NCBI GenBank assembly: GCA_903893315.1
Contig: CAITLU010000046.1
Location: 32,187 to 96,186 of the forward strand
Direction of reading: 5' to 3'
Source: an uncultured bacterium
GTDB taxonomy: Bacteria; Desulfobacterota; Binatia; UBA1149; CAITLU01
Length of the DNA stretch: 64,000 nt
This document shows positions 10,071-19,843 of this stretch, piece by piece (the first letter of the stretch is position 1; every line of letters starts with the position of its first letter). Under the pieces are notes generated by a model. The model did not search any database and was not told where the DNA came from. It worked only from the letters and a program-made list of their open reading frames with translations. A program made the position numbers and the translations under genes.

Positions 10071-11528
10071 TTGATGCGCCGTCGTGCCGTCGTGGTTGGA
10101 GCCGGAATCGCCGGACTCGCCGCAGCCTATCGTCTGGACCGCCTGGCCAAACAACGCGGGCTCGATCTCGAACTCGTCGTGCTCGAGAGCGGCGCGCGCG
10201 CCGGAGGAGTGATCGACAGTACGCGCCGCGACGACTGCCTGCTCGAACTCGGCCCCGACTCGATCATCACCGAAAAGCCCTGGGCACGCGCGCTCTGCGA
10301 AGAGATCGGCCTGGGCGATCGTATCATCGGCACCTCGCCCGATTGCCGCCAGAGTTTCGTCGCTCTCGGCAACACGCTGCACCCGATTCCGGAAGGCTTC
10401 TACATGATGGCGCCGTCGCGACTGACGCCGTTCGTGAAGACCAGCCTGTTCTCGCTGGCCGGCAAAGCCCGCATGGCGCTGGACCTGGTACTGCCCCGGC
10501 GCAGCACCGACACCGACGAAAGCCTCGGCGATTTCGTGCGCCGCCGTCTCGGCCGCGAAGCGCTCGAACGCGCGGCCCAGCCGATGGTCGGCGGTGTCTA
10601 TACTGCCGACCCGGACAAACTCAGCCTGCGCGCGACGATGCCGCGCTTCCTGGAGATGGAGCGCAAACACCGCAGCCTGATCCTGGCGATGGTGGCTGCG
10701 CGGCGGCGCGCCGCCGGCGGCGCCGGTGGCGCAGCCGCCGAAGGCAGCGCTGCCGGGCCCCGCTACTCGCTGTTCATCTCACTGGACAAGGGCTTGTCGG
10801 TATTGCCGGAGCGTCTTTGCGAACTGCTGCCGGCCGGCGCGCTTCGAACACGCACGATGGTCGAACGCATCGAGCGCAACGACACACCCGGCAGTGCCAG
10901 GTGGAGCGTACACACGCTGGGAGAACGCATCGACGCCGACGCGGTGTGCCTGGCCACGCCGGCACACGCCGGCGCGCGCATCATCGAAAGCGCGGCGCCC
11001 GAGCTCGCACGTTCGCTCAACGGCATCGACTACGCATCCTCGGCCACCGTCAATCTCGTCTATCGCCGCAAGGACATTCCTCACGCGCTCGACGGCTTCG
11101 GCTTCGTCGTGCCGGCCGTAGAAAAGCGCACGCTGCTCGCCTGCACCTTCAGCAGCGTCAAGTACGCCGGACGTGCCCCGGCCGACAAGGTGCTGATCCG
11201 CGCCTTCGTCGGCGGCGCGCTGTTTCCCGAAGCCTACGAGATGCCGGACGAGCGCATGACCACCGGCATCCGCAAGGACCTCGGCGATCTGCTCTGCGTG
11301 CGCGCTGCGCCCAGCGACGTGGTGATCTCACGCTGGCCGCGCTCGATGCCGCAGTACAACGTCGGACACCTCGAACGCGTCGCGCACATCCAGGACGAGG
11401 CCGGACGTCTGCCGGGCTTCGCGCTGGCCGGCGCCGCTTTTGGGGGAGTCGGCATTCCCGACAGCGTGCGCAGCGGAGAAACCGCCGCCGAGCGTCTTGT
11501 TACCGATCTCGCGCGCGGGTCAGGCTGA
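10071..11528 (+). CDS. hemY: HemY-type protoporphyrinogen/coproporphyrinogen oxidase
   Basis: Motifs VVGAGIAGLAAA, ELGPDS, GFGFVVP, RWPRSMPQYNVGH, GVGIPD; directly follows hemE. Confidence 0.92.
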   Translation: MMRRRAVVVGAGIAGLAAAYRLDRLAKQRGLDLELVVLESGARAGGVIDSTRRDDCLLELGPDSIITEKPWARALCEEIGLGDRIIGTSPDCRQSFVALGNTLHPIPEGFYMMAPSRLTPFVKTSLFSLAGKARMALDLVLPRRSTDTDESLGDFVRRRLGREALERAAQPMVGGVYTADPDKLSLRATMPRFLEMERKHRSLILAMVAARRRAAGGAGGAAAEGSAAGPRYSLFISLDKGLSVLPERLCELLPAGALRTRTMVERIERNDTPGSARWSVHTLGERIDADAVCLATPAHAGARIIESAAPELARSLNGIDYASSATVNLVYRRKDIPHALDGFGFVVPAVEKRTLLACTFSSVKYAGRAPADKVLIRAFVGGALFPEAYEMPDERMTTGIRKDLGDLLCVRAAPSDVVISRWPRSMPQYNVGHLERVAHIQDEAGRLPGFALAGAAFGGVGIPDSVRSGETAAERLVTDLARGSG

Positions 11529-11578
11529 CGCCGGAGTGCCTGACGCGACGGGCATGACGGCATCTGGCCGCAGCACCG

Positions 11579-11944
11579 TCAGCCGACCACGACGTCGTCT
11601 TCGGTAAAGAAGATCGGCGACCGGTCGAGATCGATGAAGCGCTGTTCGTCTTCGAGCAACAAGCGCCCGGCCTCGGCAGCCTCGGCGGTCTGCATCCGAG
11701 TGATCATCTCATCGCCATCGAACCACAACTCAGCGACACCGTCGTAGCCCTCCGGCGTGCCACGCACCGCGGCCGTCGCCTCGGCGATCGGATGCTCGAC
11801 GGTGTGCGCCTGCACATAACGGCGAATCCCCAGCGCCTGCGCCTGCGCACGCACCAGCGGCCCGTGCTGCTCGCGCCAATAGCGCTGGAACTCGTCGCGG
11901 CTGAGATGCGGCAAGCGCCGCAGACAAAACACCAGATGGATCAT
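11579..11944 (-). CDS. EthD domain-containing protein
   Basis: Motifs LSRDEFQRYWREQHGPL, RRYVQAH, YDGVAELWFD, DEQRFID. Confidence 0.88.
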   Translation of the reverse strand: MIHLVFCLRRLPHLSRDEFQRYWREQHGPLVRAQAQALGIRRYVQAHTVEHPIAEATAAVRGTPEGYDGVAELWFDGDEMITRMQTAEAAEAGRLLLEDEQRFIDLDRSPIFFTEDDVVVG

Positions 11945-12004
11945 GCAAGTGACCTCCGAGCTGGGCGATACTGATTCAAGGACTTCAAGGACGGACTACG
12001 GTCA

Positions 12005-13009
12005 TCAAAGACGCGCCTGTTTCAAGTATGCGGCCACGGTCCGCATACCTTCGGCGTAGTCAACACGCGGAACATACCCGAGTTCGCGTCGGGCCCTCTC
12101 GATGGGCACGCGGTGGTCGGAGCCGACGAGATTAAGCGCTTCACGCGTGAGCGGAGGACGCCCCTTCAAGCCGAACAGGCGCCACGCTGCTTCGCAGGCG
12201 TAGGCCGTGACTGTGGCCACAGGCCGCGGAAGCGACGCCGGCTTTTTGGCTCCCAGGAGCTTGGCGAGATCCGAAAAATACTGTTTCCAGGTCACATCCG
12301 AACCGTCGCTCACGTTGTAGATACGGCCGACGGCCACATCACTGCCGGCTGCGCGTACGAAGATGTCGACGACGTTGTCGACATGCGCGAGCCCGGCGTT
12401 CAGTTCACCACCGCCGATCAGCGAAGGAGTCCCGCTTCTCAACTGGTCCACCACGTCGTGCACCCAGGGCTTGCTGCCCGGACCATAGACGTTGGTAGGA
12501 CGTATCACCGTGAGTTTGACCTTCCTGGCGCGCGCGATCTCCAACGCCAGCTGCTCCTGCCGCTGCTTGGCACGGCTGTAAGCACCGACGGCCTTGCCGT
12601 ACCCGAGTTCCTCGTCGCACACGCGGCTCTGAACGAACTCGCCGTAGACCACCACGCTCGACGCCAACAGCACGCGCGTGCCGGCGTCAGCCGCCGCGTT
12701 CATGACGTTGCGCGTACCGCCGACGGTAATTCGCTGGAAGAGTTCTTCCGCACCCCAATCGCCAACGACGGCGGCCAGGTGGAACACGGTGCCGGCGCCG
12801 CGCATTGCCGCCAACACGGCAGCGGCATCGGTAATGTCGCCACGCACGATTTCGACGCCAGCCGGTACGATGCCCTGCGTTTCTTCCCCAGGCAGCACCA
12901 GTGCGCGCACGCGCACTCCTTCCTCCAGTAGCCTCGCGATCAGAGCGCGGCCTATGAATCCGGTGGCACCGGTGACCAGTGCAGGTTGAGCAATCTCTCT
13001 GGTATCCAC
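12005..13009 (-). CDS. NAD-dependent epimerase/dehydratase (extended SDR, 3-beta-HSD-like)
   Basis: Motifs LVTGATGFIG, VFHLAA, YSRAK (YxxxK), IRPTNVYGPG. Confidence 0.88.
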   Translation of the reverse strand: MDTREIAQPALVTGATGFIGRALIARLLEEGVRVRALVLPGEETQGIVPAGVEIVRGDITDAAAVLAAMRGAGTVFHLAAVVGDWGAEELFQRITVGGTRNVMNAAADAGTRVLLASSVVVYGEFVQSRVCDEELGYGKAVGAYSRAKQRQEQLALEIARARKVKLTVIRPTNVYGPGSKPWVHDVVDQLRSGTPSLIGGGELNAGLAHVDNVVDIFVRAAGSDVAVGRIYNVSDGSDVTWKQYFSDLAKLLGAKKPASLPRPVATVTAYACEAAWRLFGLKGRPPLTREALNLVGSDHRVPIERARRELGYVPRVDYAEGMRTVAAYLKQARL

Positions 13010-13072
13010 GAATCGACTCCTGTTGGCTTCGCATTGCGCACCGGTTCGCCACGCGGCAAGCCGGCGCGCCGG

Positions 13073-14071
13073 TTATTGCGCGGTAGCGAGAACGTGCCGG
13101 CGCAGATCCGCGATCGTGTCGCGCAGCGTTTCGTCGGGATCACGCGGCGAGAAACCGAGCTCGCGTGCGGCCTTGAAACTGTCGAAGTACCAGAACGCCT
13201 GGCTCATCTCGATCGACACCGGGTCGAACGGATTTTCCCTTCCGAGCAGACGGGAGATCGGTTGCAACGCATACGCCAACCAGCGCGACGGAGCGTCGGG
13301 CGCCGACAGGTGCGGAACCTTGACCTGCCCGAGCTGCGCCACGCGCGTGACGAACTGGCGTATTGAGCAGTTGAGCGCGCCGAGCAGATAACGCTCGCCC
13401 GCTCGGCCTTTTTCGAGCGCCGCCACGGCCGCGGCGGCAACGTCGCGCACGTCGACGAAGTTGGACCCGCCACTCGGCAGCGCTGGCATCTGGCCGCGCA
13501 GAACTTTCAGCACGTCTTCGGTCGACGACAAACGCTCGTCTCCGGGACCCAGCAACAGGCTCGGGTTGATGCACACCAACTCCAGACCCAGTTTTCTGGA
13601 AAGCGTCAGAGCTTCGCGTTCGGCTTCGATCTTCGTGACGTAGTACGGCCACGTCGACGTGATCGCGAGCGGATACGAATCATCCTCGGTGGCGATGTGC
13701 CGCGCGTCGTGCGAACACGCGATTGCACCGGACGTCGACGCATAGACGACGCGCCTGACGCCGGCACTGTGCGCGGCCTCGAGCACGCTGCGGGTCCCGC
13801 CGACGTGCAGTTCGCGCATCTCCGCCTCGTCGCGCCGGTCGCGGCTGACCTTCCCCGCCAGGTGAATGACTCCCGCGCATCCCTGCACGGCTCTCTCCAA
13901 AGTCGCGCGGTCGAGAATGGAGCCGCGAACGAGTTCCACGCCGGGCCGCTCAAGGCGCGGATCAGTCGAGCGATTGAGGGCACGGACGCCGTGCCCCGCA
14001 GCCAGCAGCGCATCGACGACGTGATGCCCCAGGAAGCCGGATGCGCCGGTAACCATGATCTTGTTTGCCAT
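13073..14071 (-). CDS. NAD-dependent epimerase/dehydratase (dihydroflavonol reductase/HpnA-like)
   Basis: Motifs MVTGASGFLG, VIHLAG, YYVTK, NPSLLLGPGD, FVDVRDVA, GRAGERYLL. Confidence 0.88.
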   Translation of the reverse strand: MANKIMVTGASGFLGHHVVDALLAAGHGVRALNRSTDPRLERPGVELVRGSILDRATLERAVQGCAGVIHLAGKVSRDRRDEAEMRELHVGGTRSVLEAAHSAGVRRVVYASTSGAIACSHDARHIATEDDSYPLAITSTWPYYVTKIEAEREALTLSRKLGLELVCINPSLLLGPGDERLSSTEDVLKVLRGQMPALPSGGSNFVDVRDVAAAAVAALEKGRAGERYLLGALNCSIRQFVTRVAQLGQVKVPHLSAPDAPSRWLAYALQPISRLLGRENPFDPVSIEMSQAFWYFDSFKAARELGFSPRDPDETLRDTIADLRRHVLATAQ

Positions 14072-14431
14072 ACTCCAACCGACCCTTATCCGCGTGCTTC
14101 GCGTCCGGCGCCGCCCCGCGGCGTCCACGTGTCGCTGCGCCGCGAACACCGCAACGCTTCATGCGCAACCTCTTACAGCCACGCGCTCGGCCGCGACCAT
14201 ATCCGTTCGGCGCTCGGTGCCAAGCGGACACCGCCCGTCGTGTCAACGCGGCGTGCTGAAATCGGCCTGTGTCCGCATACCGGCGCAGCGCCGCGGGTCA
14301 CACAGCCGACACCGGCCGCGCACCTCGCTGCGTGCGCGAGCAAGCCGCGTGGCCTGCCGCTTCTTTGATCGATGCGAGTTACCAGCCGTCGGCCTGCTGC
14401 GCGACTTCATTCGCGATCACGGCGCCGACCG

Positions 14432-15382
14432 TCAGATTCCCAATCCGCCGTCGAACAAATCGCTGCGCGGCTGCGCCTGGCTGATGGAACTGCCCGACGG
14501 AACGCCGCGGGTAAGCCAGACGTTGCCGCCTATGCTGGAACCGCGGCCGATCGTGATGCGGCCGAGGATCGTCGCTCCGGCGTAAACCGTGACGTCGTCC
14601 TCGACGATCGGATGACGCAGCCGTCCCTTGATCGGCCGGCCCAGTTCGTCCGTCGGAAAGCTCTTCGCACCCAACGTGACGCCTTGGTAGAGCCGCACGC
14701 GTTCGCCTATCACGCTGGTCTCTCCAATGACCACGCCGGTACCGTGGTCGATGAAGAAACTGCCGCCGATCTGCGCGCCCGGATGGATGTCGATCCCGGT
14801 AGTGCTGTGCGCCAGCTCCGCGATGATGCGTGCGATGAGAGGAACTTCGAGCTTGTACAGTTCGTGTGCAATGCGGTGGTGGATCACCGCGGTGATACCC
14901 GGATAGCAGAACACCGCTTCGTCGGCACTGGTGGCGGCCGGATCTCCTTCGTATGCGGCGCGCGCATCGCTGCCCAGCAGCGCACGCACCGCCGGCAGCC
15001 TTTCGGAAAACTCGCAGGTTATTTCGGTCGCCCGTCGTTCGTAACCGGCAAAGTCACCGTCGCTGGGCGCGCTCGCGAAGAGCAGAGCACGTTGCACCTG
15101 CTCATGGAGCGCGCAAAGAGCGGTGTCCAGACGATGGCCGACGTAGTCGCGGATAGCCTCGGCCGACAGATCCGGCGCACCGAAGTGCGCCGGGAAGAGC
15201 GCTGCGCGAAGTTCGTCGACAACCTCCGCGAGCGCTTCCCGCGACGGGAACACGTGCCGGCCGGACTTCCGCCGCTGATTCGGCAGCAGGTCCGCGTTGG
15301 CGTCGGTAAGGGCGCCGACCAGCGACCTGAGATTCCAGCCTGGATGAGGCGGCTTGTCCGCTGTTGCGGAGGACGGGTTCAC
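14432..15382 (-). CDS. cysE: Serine O-acetyltransferase
   Basis: Motifs [47 protein letters not shown]; overlaps the cysK stop (GTGA). Confidence 0.93.
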   Translation of the reverse strand: MNPSSATADKPPHPGWNLRSLVGALTDANADLLPNQRRKSGRHVFPSREALAEVVDELRAALFPAHFGAPDLSAEAIRDYVGHRLDTALCALHEQVQRALLFASAPSDGDFAGYERRATEITCEFSERLPAVRALLGSDARAAYEGDPAATSADEAVFCYPGITAVIHHRIAHELYKLEVPLIARIIAELAHSTTGIDIHPGAQIGGSFFIDHGTGVVIGETSVIGERVRLYQGVTLGAKSFPTDELGRPIKGRLRHPIVEDDVTVYAGATILGRITIGRGSSIGGNVWLTRGVPSGSSISQAQPRSDLFDGGLGI

Positions 15383-16356
15383 AGCGCCGACCCCTGCGCG
15401 TCGAAGAGCCCCTCGAAAAGGATCGAACTGAGGTAGCGTTCTCCGGAATCAGGCAGCACGACGACGATCGTCTTGCCGGCGTTCTCCGGCCGCTGTGCCA
15501 ATCTCACCGCCACCGCCACCGCAGCGCCGCTCGAGATACCGGACAGGATGCCTTCCTCGCGCGCCAGCCGCCGGGCGTAAGCAACCGACTCTTCGTTGGT
15601 GACCTGCTCGACCTCATCGACGATGGACAGATCGAGAGCCTGGGGAACAAAGCCCGCGCCGATTCCCTGGATCTTGTGCGGTCCGGGCTGGAGAGGCTCG
15701 CCGGCACGTTTCTGGGTGAGCACCGGACTGGCCGACGGCTCGACCGCGACGGTGAGGATCTTCTTGCCGCGCGTATGCTTTATGTAACGCGACACTCCGG
15801 TGATGGTTCCGCCGGTGCCGACGCCGGAAACGAAAATGTCGACAGCGCCGTCGGTGTCGTCCCAGATCTCAGGCCCGGTCGTACTCTCGTGGACTGCCGG
15901 ATTGGCCGGATTGGAGAACTGCTGCAGCAGCACGTAACGCGCAGGGTCGGTGGCGGCGATCGCTTCGGCCTTGGCCACGGCGCCGGTCATGCCGCGGGCG
16001 CCTTCGGTCAGCACCAGTTTCGCACCGAAGGCCACCAGCAACTTGCGCCGCTCGATGCTCATGGTGTCGGGCATCGTCAGCGTCAGAGGGTAACCGCGGG
16101 AGGCGGCGACGAAGGCCAGTGCGATACCTGTGTTGCCGCTCGTCGGCTCCACCAGTTCCTTGCCGGCACCGAGCACGCCGCGGCGCTCGGCATCCCAGAC
16201 CATCGCCGCGCCGATACGGCACTTGACCGAGTATGCGGGATTGCGGCCTTCGACCTTGGCCAGGATCGTCGCAGGTGCGCCGCCGTGAACCTTGTTGAGC
16301 CGTACCAGGGGAGTGTGTCCGATAGAGTGAGCGTTGTCTTCAAACCAGTGCGACAT
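15379..16356 (-). CDS. cysK: Cysteine synthase A (O-acetylserine sulfhydrylase)
   Basis: Motifs [18 protein letters not shown] (PLP Lys), [40 protein letters not shown] before MSHWF. Confidence 0.96.
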   Translation of the reverse strand: MSHWFEDNAHSIGHTPLVRLNKVHGGAPATILAKVEGRNPAYSVKCRIGAAMVWDAERRGVLGAGKELVEPTSGNTGIALAFVAASRGYPLTLTMPDTMSIERRKLLVAFGAKLVLTEGARGMTGAVAKAEAIAATDPARYVLLQQFSNPANPAVHESTTGPEIWDDTDGAVDIFVSGVGTGGTITGVSRYIKHTRGKKILTVAVEPSASPVLTQKRAGEPLQPGPHKIQGIGAGFVPQALDLSIVDEVEQVTNEESVAYARRLAREEGILSGISSGAAVAVAVRLAQRPENAGKTIVVVLPDSGERYLSSILFEGLFDAQGSAL

Positions 16357-16431
16357 GATGTCGTCCTCCATTGTTATTTCTGCCGAGAGTGCAGTGCGGA
16401 AAGCGGAGGTGACGCCCGCGAGTCACCAGGT

Positions 16432-16473
16432 AAAAACGAAACGGCCCGGGAAGCGACAACTTCCCGGGCCGTT
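16432..16473 (-). terminator. Intrinsic terminator (attenuator) in the cysK leader
   Basis: Minus strand AACGGCCCGGGAAG-TTGTCG-CTTCCCGGGCCGTT (14-bp perfect stem, 16440-16473) followed by TCGTTTTT; lies between the leader ORF and cysK. Confidence 0.85.
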
Positions 16474-16502
16474 GAGATCGTGACTACGAATTCGAACTGA
16501 CT

Positions 16503-16607
16503 TCAGGAGACGAGTTCGAAGGCCGCACAACCCCGCGCACGGGAAGGCTCCCAGGCCTCGGTACAACAACAACAGGTGCCGTCGGTCGTGTGGCTGACAT
16601 CGTTCAT
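16503..16607 (-). CDS. Putative cysteine-rich leader (attenuator) peptide, 34 aa: MNDVSHTTDGTCCCCTEAWEPSRARGCAAFELVS
   Basis: ATG at 16607, four tandem TGT codons (16563-16574), TGA at 16503; sits between a promoter and the terminator upstream of cysK. Confidence 0.75.
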   Translation of the reverse strand: MNDVSHTTDGTCCCCTEAWEPSRARGCAAFELVS

Positions 16608-16616
16608 CAGTACGCG

Positions 16617-16645
16617 CTTATGAACCGGCGCCCGCCGGCTGTCAA
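16617..16645 (-). promoter_or_regulatory. Sigma70-like promoter of the cys leader/cysK-cysE operon
   Basis: Minus strand TTGACA (16645-16640), 17-nt spacer, CATAAG (16622-16617), then 9 nt to the leader ATG. Confidence 0.65.
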
Positions 16646-16815
16646 TCCCCCGCCGTGAACTTTCCCCGCCGCCACGTCCGGGATCTTCATGCGTGCGGCG
16701 CGGCAATTTCCGCAGGAGTCCGGCACGCGGCGGTCGTATCACCGCCGCTCCCCGTCGCGTGCAGCGCTCACCAACAGACAGCCCCGCAGCCGCGCCGCCT
16801 TCCGATCGAGCCCCG

Positions 16816-17790
16816 TCAGCCAACCATCGGGAAGATGTCCCGCCGGAATATCTCGGCCTGCGAGTCGCCGGCGCCGAACGAGGCGATGTCGTGAAAGTAG
16901 AATACGAGACCGTCGACTCCCATCTTCTTCCACTCATAGAGGAACTCGGCGCAGCGCTCGCGCGTTCCGTGACACGACACGAAGTTGAGCAGTTTCTCGG
17001 CGCTTAAACCCTGCGGCGCAATCCTTTGGAAAAAGCGCTCGTGCTCAACCGCGGAATTGAAAGCGATGCCGCCCGATACCGCCGTGATCTTGATCTCCTC
17101 GAAGTCGCGCCCCACCGCCAGGCAATGCTCCTTGAGGACATTACGGTAGCGAGGAAATTCTTCCTGCGACCCGTTGTAGTTCCACACGTCCGCGTACTTC
17201 GCGACCAGACGCAGCATCACCTTTTCGCCGCGCCCACCGATCCAGATCGGAGGACGCGGCCTCTGCAGCGGGCGCGGCCGACACACGGCGTCGTCGAGGC
17301 GAAAGTGCTTGCCCTCGTACGACACCGCATCTTCGTCGCTCCAGAGACGCTGCACGATCTCGAGGGTTTCACCAAGGCGTGCAAGACGCACTCCGATCGG
17401 AGGCATCGGATAACCGTAGGCGTTGAATTCCTCTTCGAACCAGCCGGCGCCGATGCCGAAATTCAAGCGGCCGCCGCTCATCACGTCGACGCTGGCAGCG
17501 ATCTTGGCCAGGTAGCTCGGGTGGCGGTATTCGTTACAGGTGACGAGCTGGCCGATGCGCGCCCTCTCGGTAATCGCCGCCATGTTGGCCATCATCGTCC
17601 ATGCCTCGAACGTGGCCTCGACCATCTTGCGCGGATACGTATGAAAGTGGTCGTACACCCACAGCGATTCCCACCCCGCTTCGTCGAGGCCGCGAATCAC
17701 GCGCTGACAGGTCTTCCACTTCTCGGCATCGCCGTCGATGCCGGACAGATCCAGTCGCCACCCCTGAGGAACCAGGACTCCGTATTCCAT
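16816..17790 (-). CDS. LLM-class (probably F420-dependent) oxidoreductase
   Basis: Motifs MEYGVLVPQGW, LWVYDHFH, GQLVTCNEYRHP, DVMSGGRL, GIGAGW, PPIWIGG. Confidence 0.88.
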   Translation of the reverse strand: MEYGVLVPQGWRLDLSGIDGDAEKWKTCQRVIRGLDEAGWESLWVYDHFHTYPRKMVEATFEAWTMMANMAAITERARIGQLVTCNEYRHPSYLAKIAASVDVMSGGRLNFGIGAGWFEEEFNAYGYPMPPIGVRLARLGETLEIVQRLWSDEDAVSYEGKHFRLDDAVCRPRPLQRPRPPIWIGGRGEKVMLRLVAKYADVWNYNGSQEEFPRYRNVLKEHCLAVGRDFEEIKITAVSGGIAFNSAVEHERFFQRIAPQGLSAEKLLNFVSCHGTRERCAEFLYEWKKMGVDGLVFYFHDIASFGAGDSQAEIFRRDIFPMVG

Positions 17791-18050
17791 CGCGATCACC
17801 CCTTGCGTTCGCACGCCGGACCACAGCACCGAAGCACGGCGCTGCCTGCCCCGACACCGCCGCGCCAACCTTGGCGCCTCTCCATGCCGGTGCTCGGCAT
17901 AAGCCACCCTCGATGAGACAACAAGTTCACGGCAGCGCGGCGGCATGTGCGCGGCGCCCTCCCTGTCGGCGCCGCGCCGCGCGGCACGCCGGTGACACCC
18001 GCCTGCTTGCGCTTCTTGCCCCTCTGCGCTCCCGGGAGTACAGAACGCGC

Positions 18051-18611
18051 ATGCTCGGTGAAATTCGTATCGTGCCAGGACTGCTGATCGCGATGCCACA
18101 GCTTCGCGATCCCAATTTCCACCGCTCGGTAGTGCTGATGGTAGAGCACCAGGAGCAGGGCGCCTTCGGCCTCGTCATCAACAAGCCCACCCGCGTTCCG
18201 GTCAGCGAACTGCTCAGCGCGATCGACGTCGACTGGCGGGGTTCATCCACCGAAGTGGCGTGGGCCGGCGGACCGGTACAGCCGGAAACCGGCTGGATCC
18301 TGCACGAGCCGGTCGAGGGCCTGAGCGGCGAAGGTACGCACGAAATCATGCCTGGCCTGTTCATGTCGTCGGCGCCCGACGCGCTGCGCGTGCTGGCGGC
18401 CGGGCCTCCCAAGCGCGTGCGCTTCGTGCTCGGCTATTCGGGATGGGGACCGTCCCAGCTCGAGCGCGAGCTTACCGAAACCGCGTGGGTCAACAGCGAC
18501 CTCAATGCCGATTTTCTTTTCGACACGCCGCCCGAAGAAATGTGGGAAGCCGCGCTGGCCCGCATCGGCGTTTCGCCGACAACGCTCGCGCCGGCGCCCG
18601 GTATCCACTGA
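18051..18611 (+). CDS. YqgE/AlgH family protein
   Basis: Motifs [46 protein letters not shown]. Confidence 0.92.
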   Translation: MLGEIRIVPGLLIAMPQLRDPNFHRSVVLMVEHQEQGAFGLVINKPTRVPVSELLSAIDVDWRGSSTEVAWAGGPVQPETGWILHEPVEGLSGEGTHEIMPGLFMSSAPDALRVLAAGPPKRVRFVLGYSGWGPSQLERELTETAWVNSDLNADFLFDTPPEEMWEAALARIGVSPTTLAPAPGIH

Positions 18612-18661
18612 CCGGCTCTGCTGCCGGCAATACCAGCGACGCAAAAAGCTCTCGGATACAC

Positions 18662-19750
18662 ATGGAACGCATTCTGATACTCGGAGCCACCGGCTACACC
18701 GGACGTCTGGTTGCCGAAGCACTCGAAAGCCTCGGTCGCGACTACGTCATCGCCGGCCGCAACCTCCAGGCCCTCGAGCAGCTGAGCGCAGACCTGCCTT
18801 CACGTCCCGAGGTTCGCATTGCAGATGTCGGCGACGCGCCATCGCTGCAGCGAGCACTCGCCGGCATCAAAGCCGTCGTCAATACCGTCGGTCCGTTTCG
18901 ACGTCTGGGATTGCCCGTCGTGCGTGCAGCGGTCGACCTCGGAGTTCACTACGTGGACACCACTGGTGAGCAGAGCTTCCAGATGCAGGTCTACGACGAG
19001 TTGCACCGTCACGCGATCGCCACTGCCTGCACGGTGATCACCGGCGCGGCTTTCGAGTACACTTTCAGTTACCTTGGCGCGGCGCTGCTTCACGAACGTT
19101 GCGGTCCGCTGCTCACGGTAAGTTGCTATCAGCTGACCGACAATTTTTACGCGAGCGTCGGAACCGCAAAGAGCGCTGTCGGTATGCTGGGCGAGGAGTT
19201 TCTCGCCTTTCGTGAAGGACGCCTGACACCGCTGCCGTCGCGCTGGCAGCCGCGGCGGGTGTTGTTTCCCGGCGAGCGCGAGTCCCTCTGGGCGGTACCG
19301 TTTCCCGGCGGCGATGCCGTGATGCTGCCGCTGGACATCCAGACCTTGCAGGCCGCTACGTCATACATACTGCTGCCCCAGTGGCCTGCCCGCATGCTCG
19401 CACTGGTCGCGGCCACGCAGCCGTACCTGCGAAAAGTGCTCGGAGACGGGTTGCTAGGCCGCGCGGAAAACGCGCTCGGCCGCTTGCACAGCGATCCGCC
19501 TCGCGAGCAGCGACACGGCTCCCCCTGGACCGTGTTCGTGCACGCCCAGAGTCCGTCGGGAAGCCACCTGTGCCGCATGCAGGGCGCCGACACCTACGCA
19601 ACTTCGGGGGCGACGGCCGCACTCACCGCGACGTGGCTCGCCGAAGGCCGCGCCCGCGACGCCGGCGTGATGACTACCGGCAAGGCGCTGCCGGCAATGG
19701 ATTTTCTCGACGCGCTGGCGCCCTTCGGCGTTCGCTGGGAACTCCGCTGA
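18662..19750 (+). CDS. Saccharopine dehydrogenase-like NADP-binding protein
   Basis: Motifs ILGATGYTG, IAGRN, NTVGPF, HYVDTTGE. Confidence 0.82.
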   Translation: MERILILGATGYTGRLVAEALESLGRDYVIAGRNLQALEQLSADLPSRPEVRIADVGDAPSLQRALAGIKAVVNTVGPFRRLGLPVVRAAVDLGVHYVDTTGEQSFQMQVYDELHRHAIATACTVITGAAFEYTFSYLGAALLHERCGPLLTVSCYQLTDNFYASVGTAKSAVGMLGEEFLAFREGRLTPLPSRWQPRRVLFPGERESLWAVPFPGGDAVMLPLDIQTLQAATSYILLPQWPARMLALVAATQPYLRKVLGDGLLGRAENALGRLHSDPPREQRHGSPWTVFVHAQSPSGSHLCRMQGADTYATSGATAALTATWLAEGRARDAGVMTTGKALPAMDFLDALAPFGVRWELR

Positions 19751-19843
19751 CGATCCGTTGAACAAAGCCCATACGCGGCGTCGCACTCGGCGCGCTCGCC
19801 GCGGCCCATCCTGCGGTGCGCCTGCGTTCGCCGCCGCCGGCCT

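Noticed and set aside
16503..16937. 144-aa ORF from the track
   Set aside because: Its 5' part overlaps the LLM gene end and spans the promoter; only the last 34 codons from ATG 16607 are supported.
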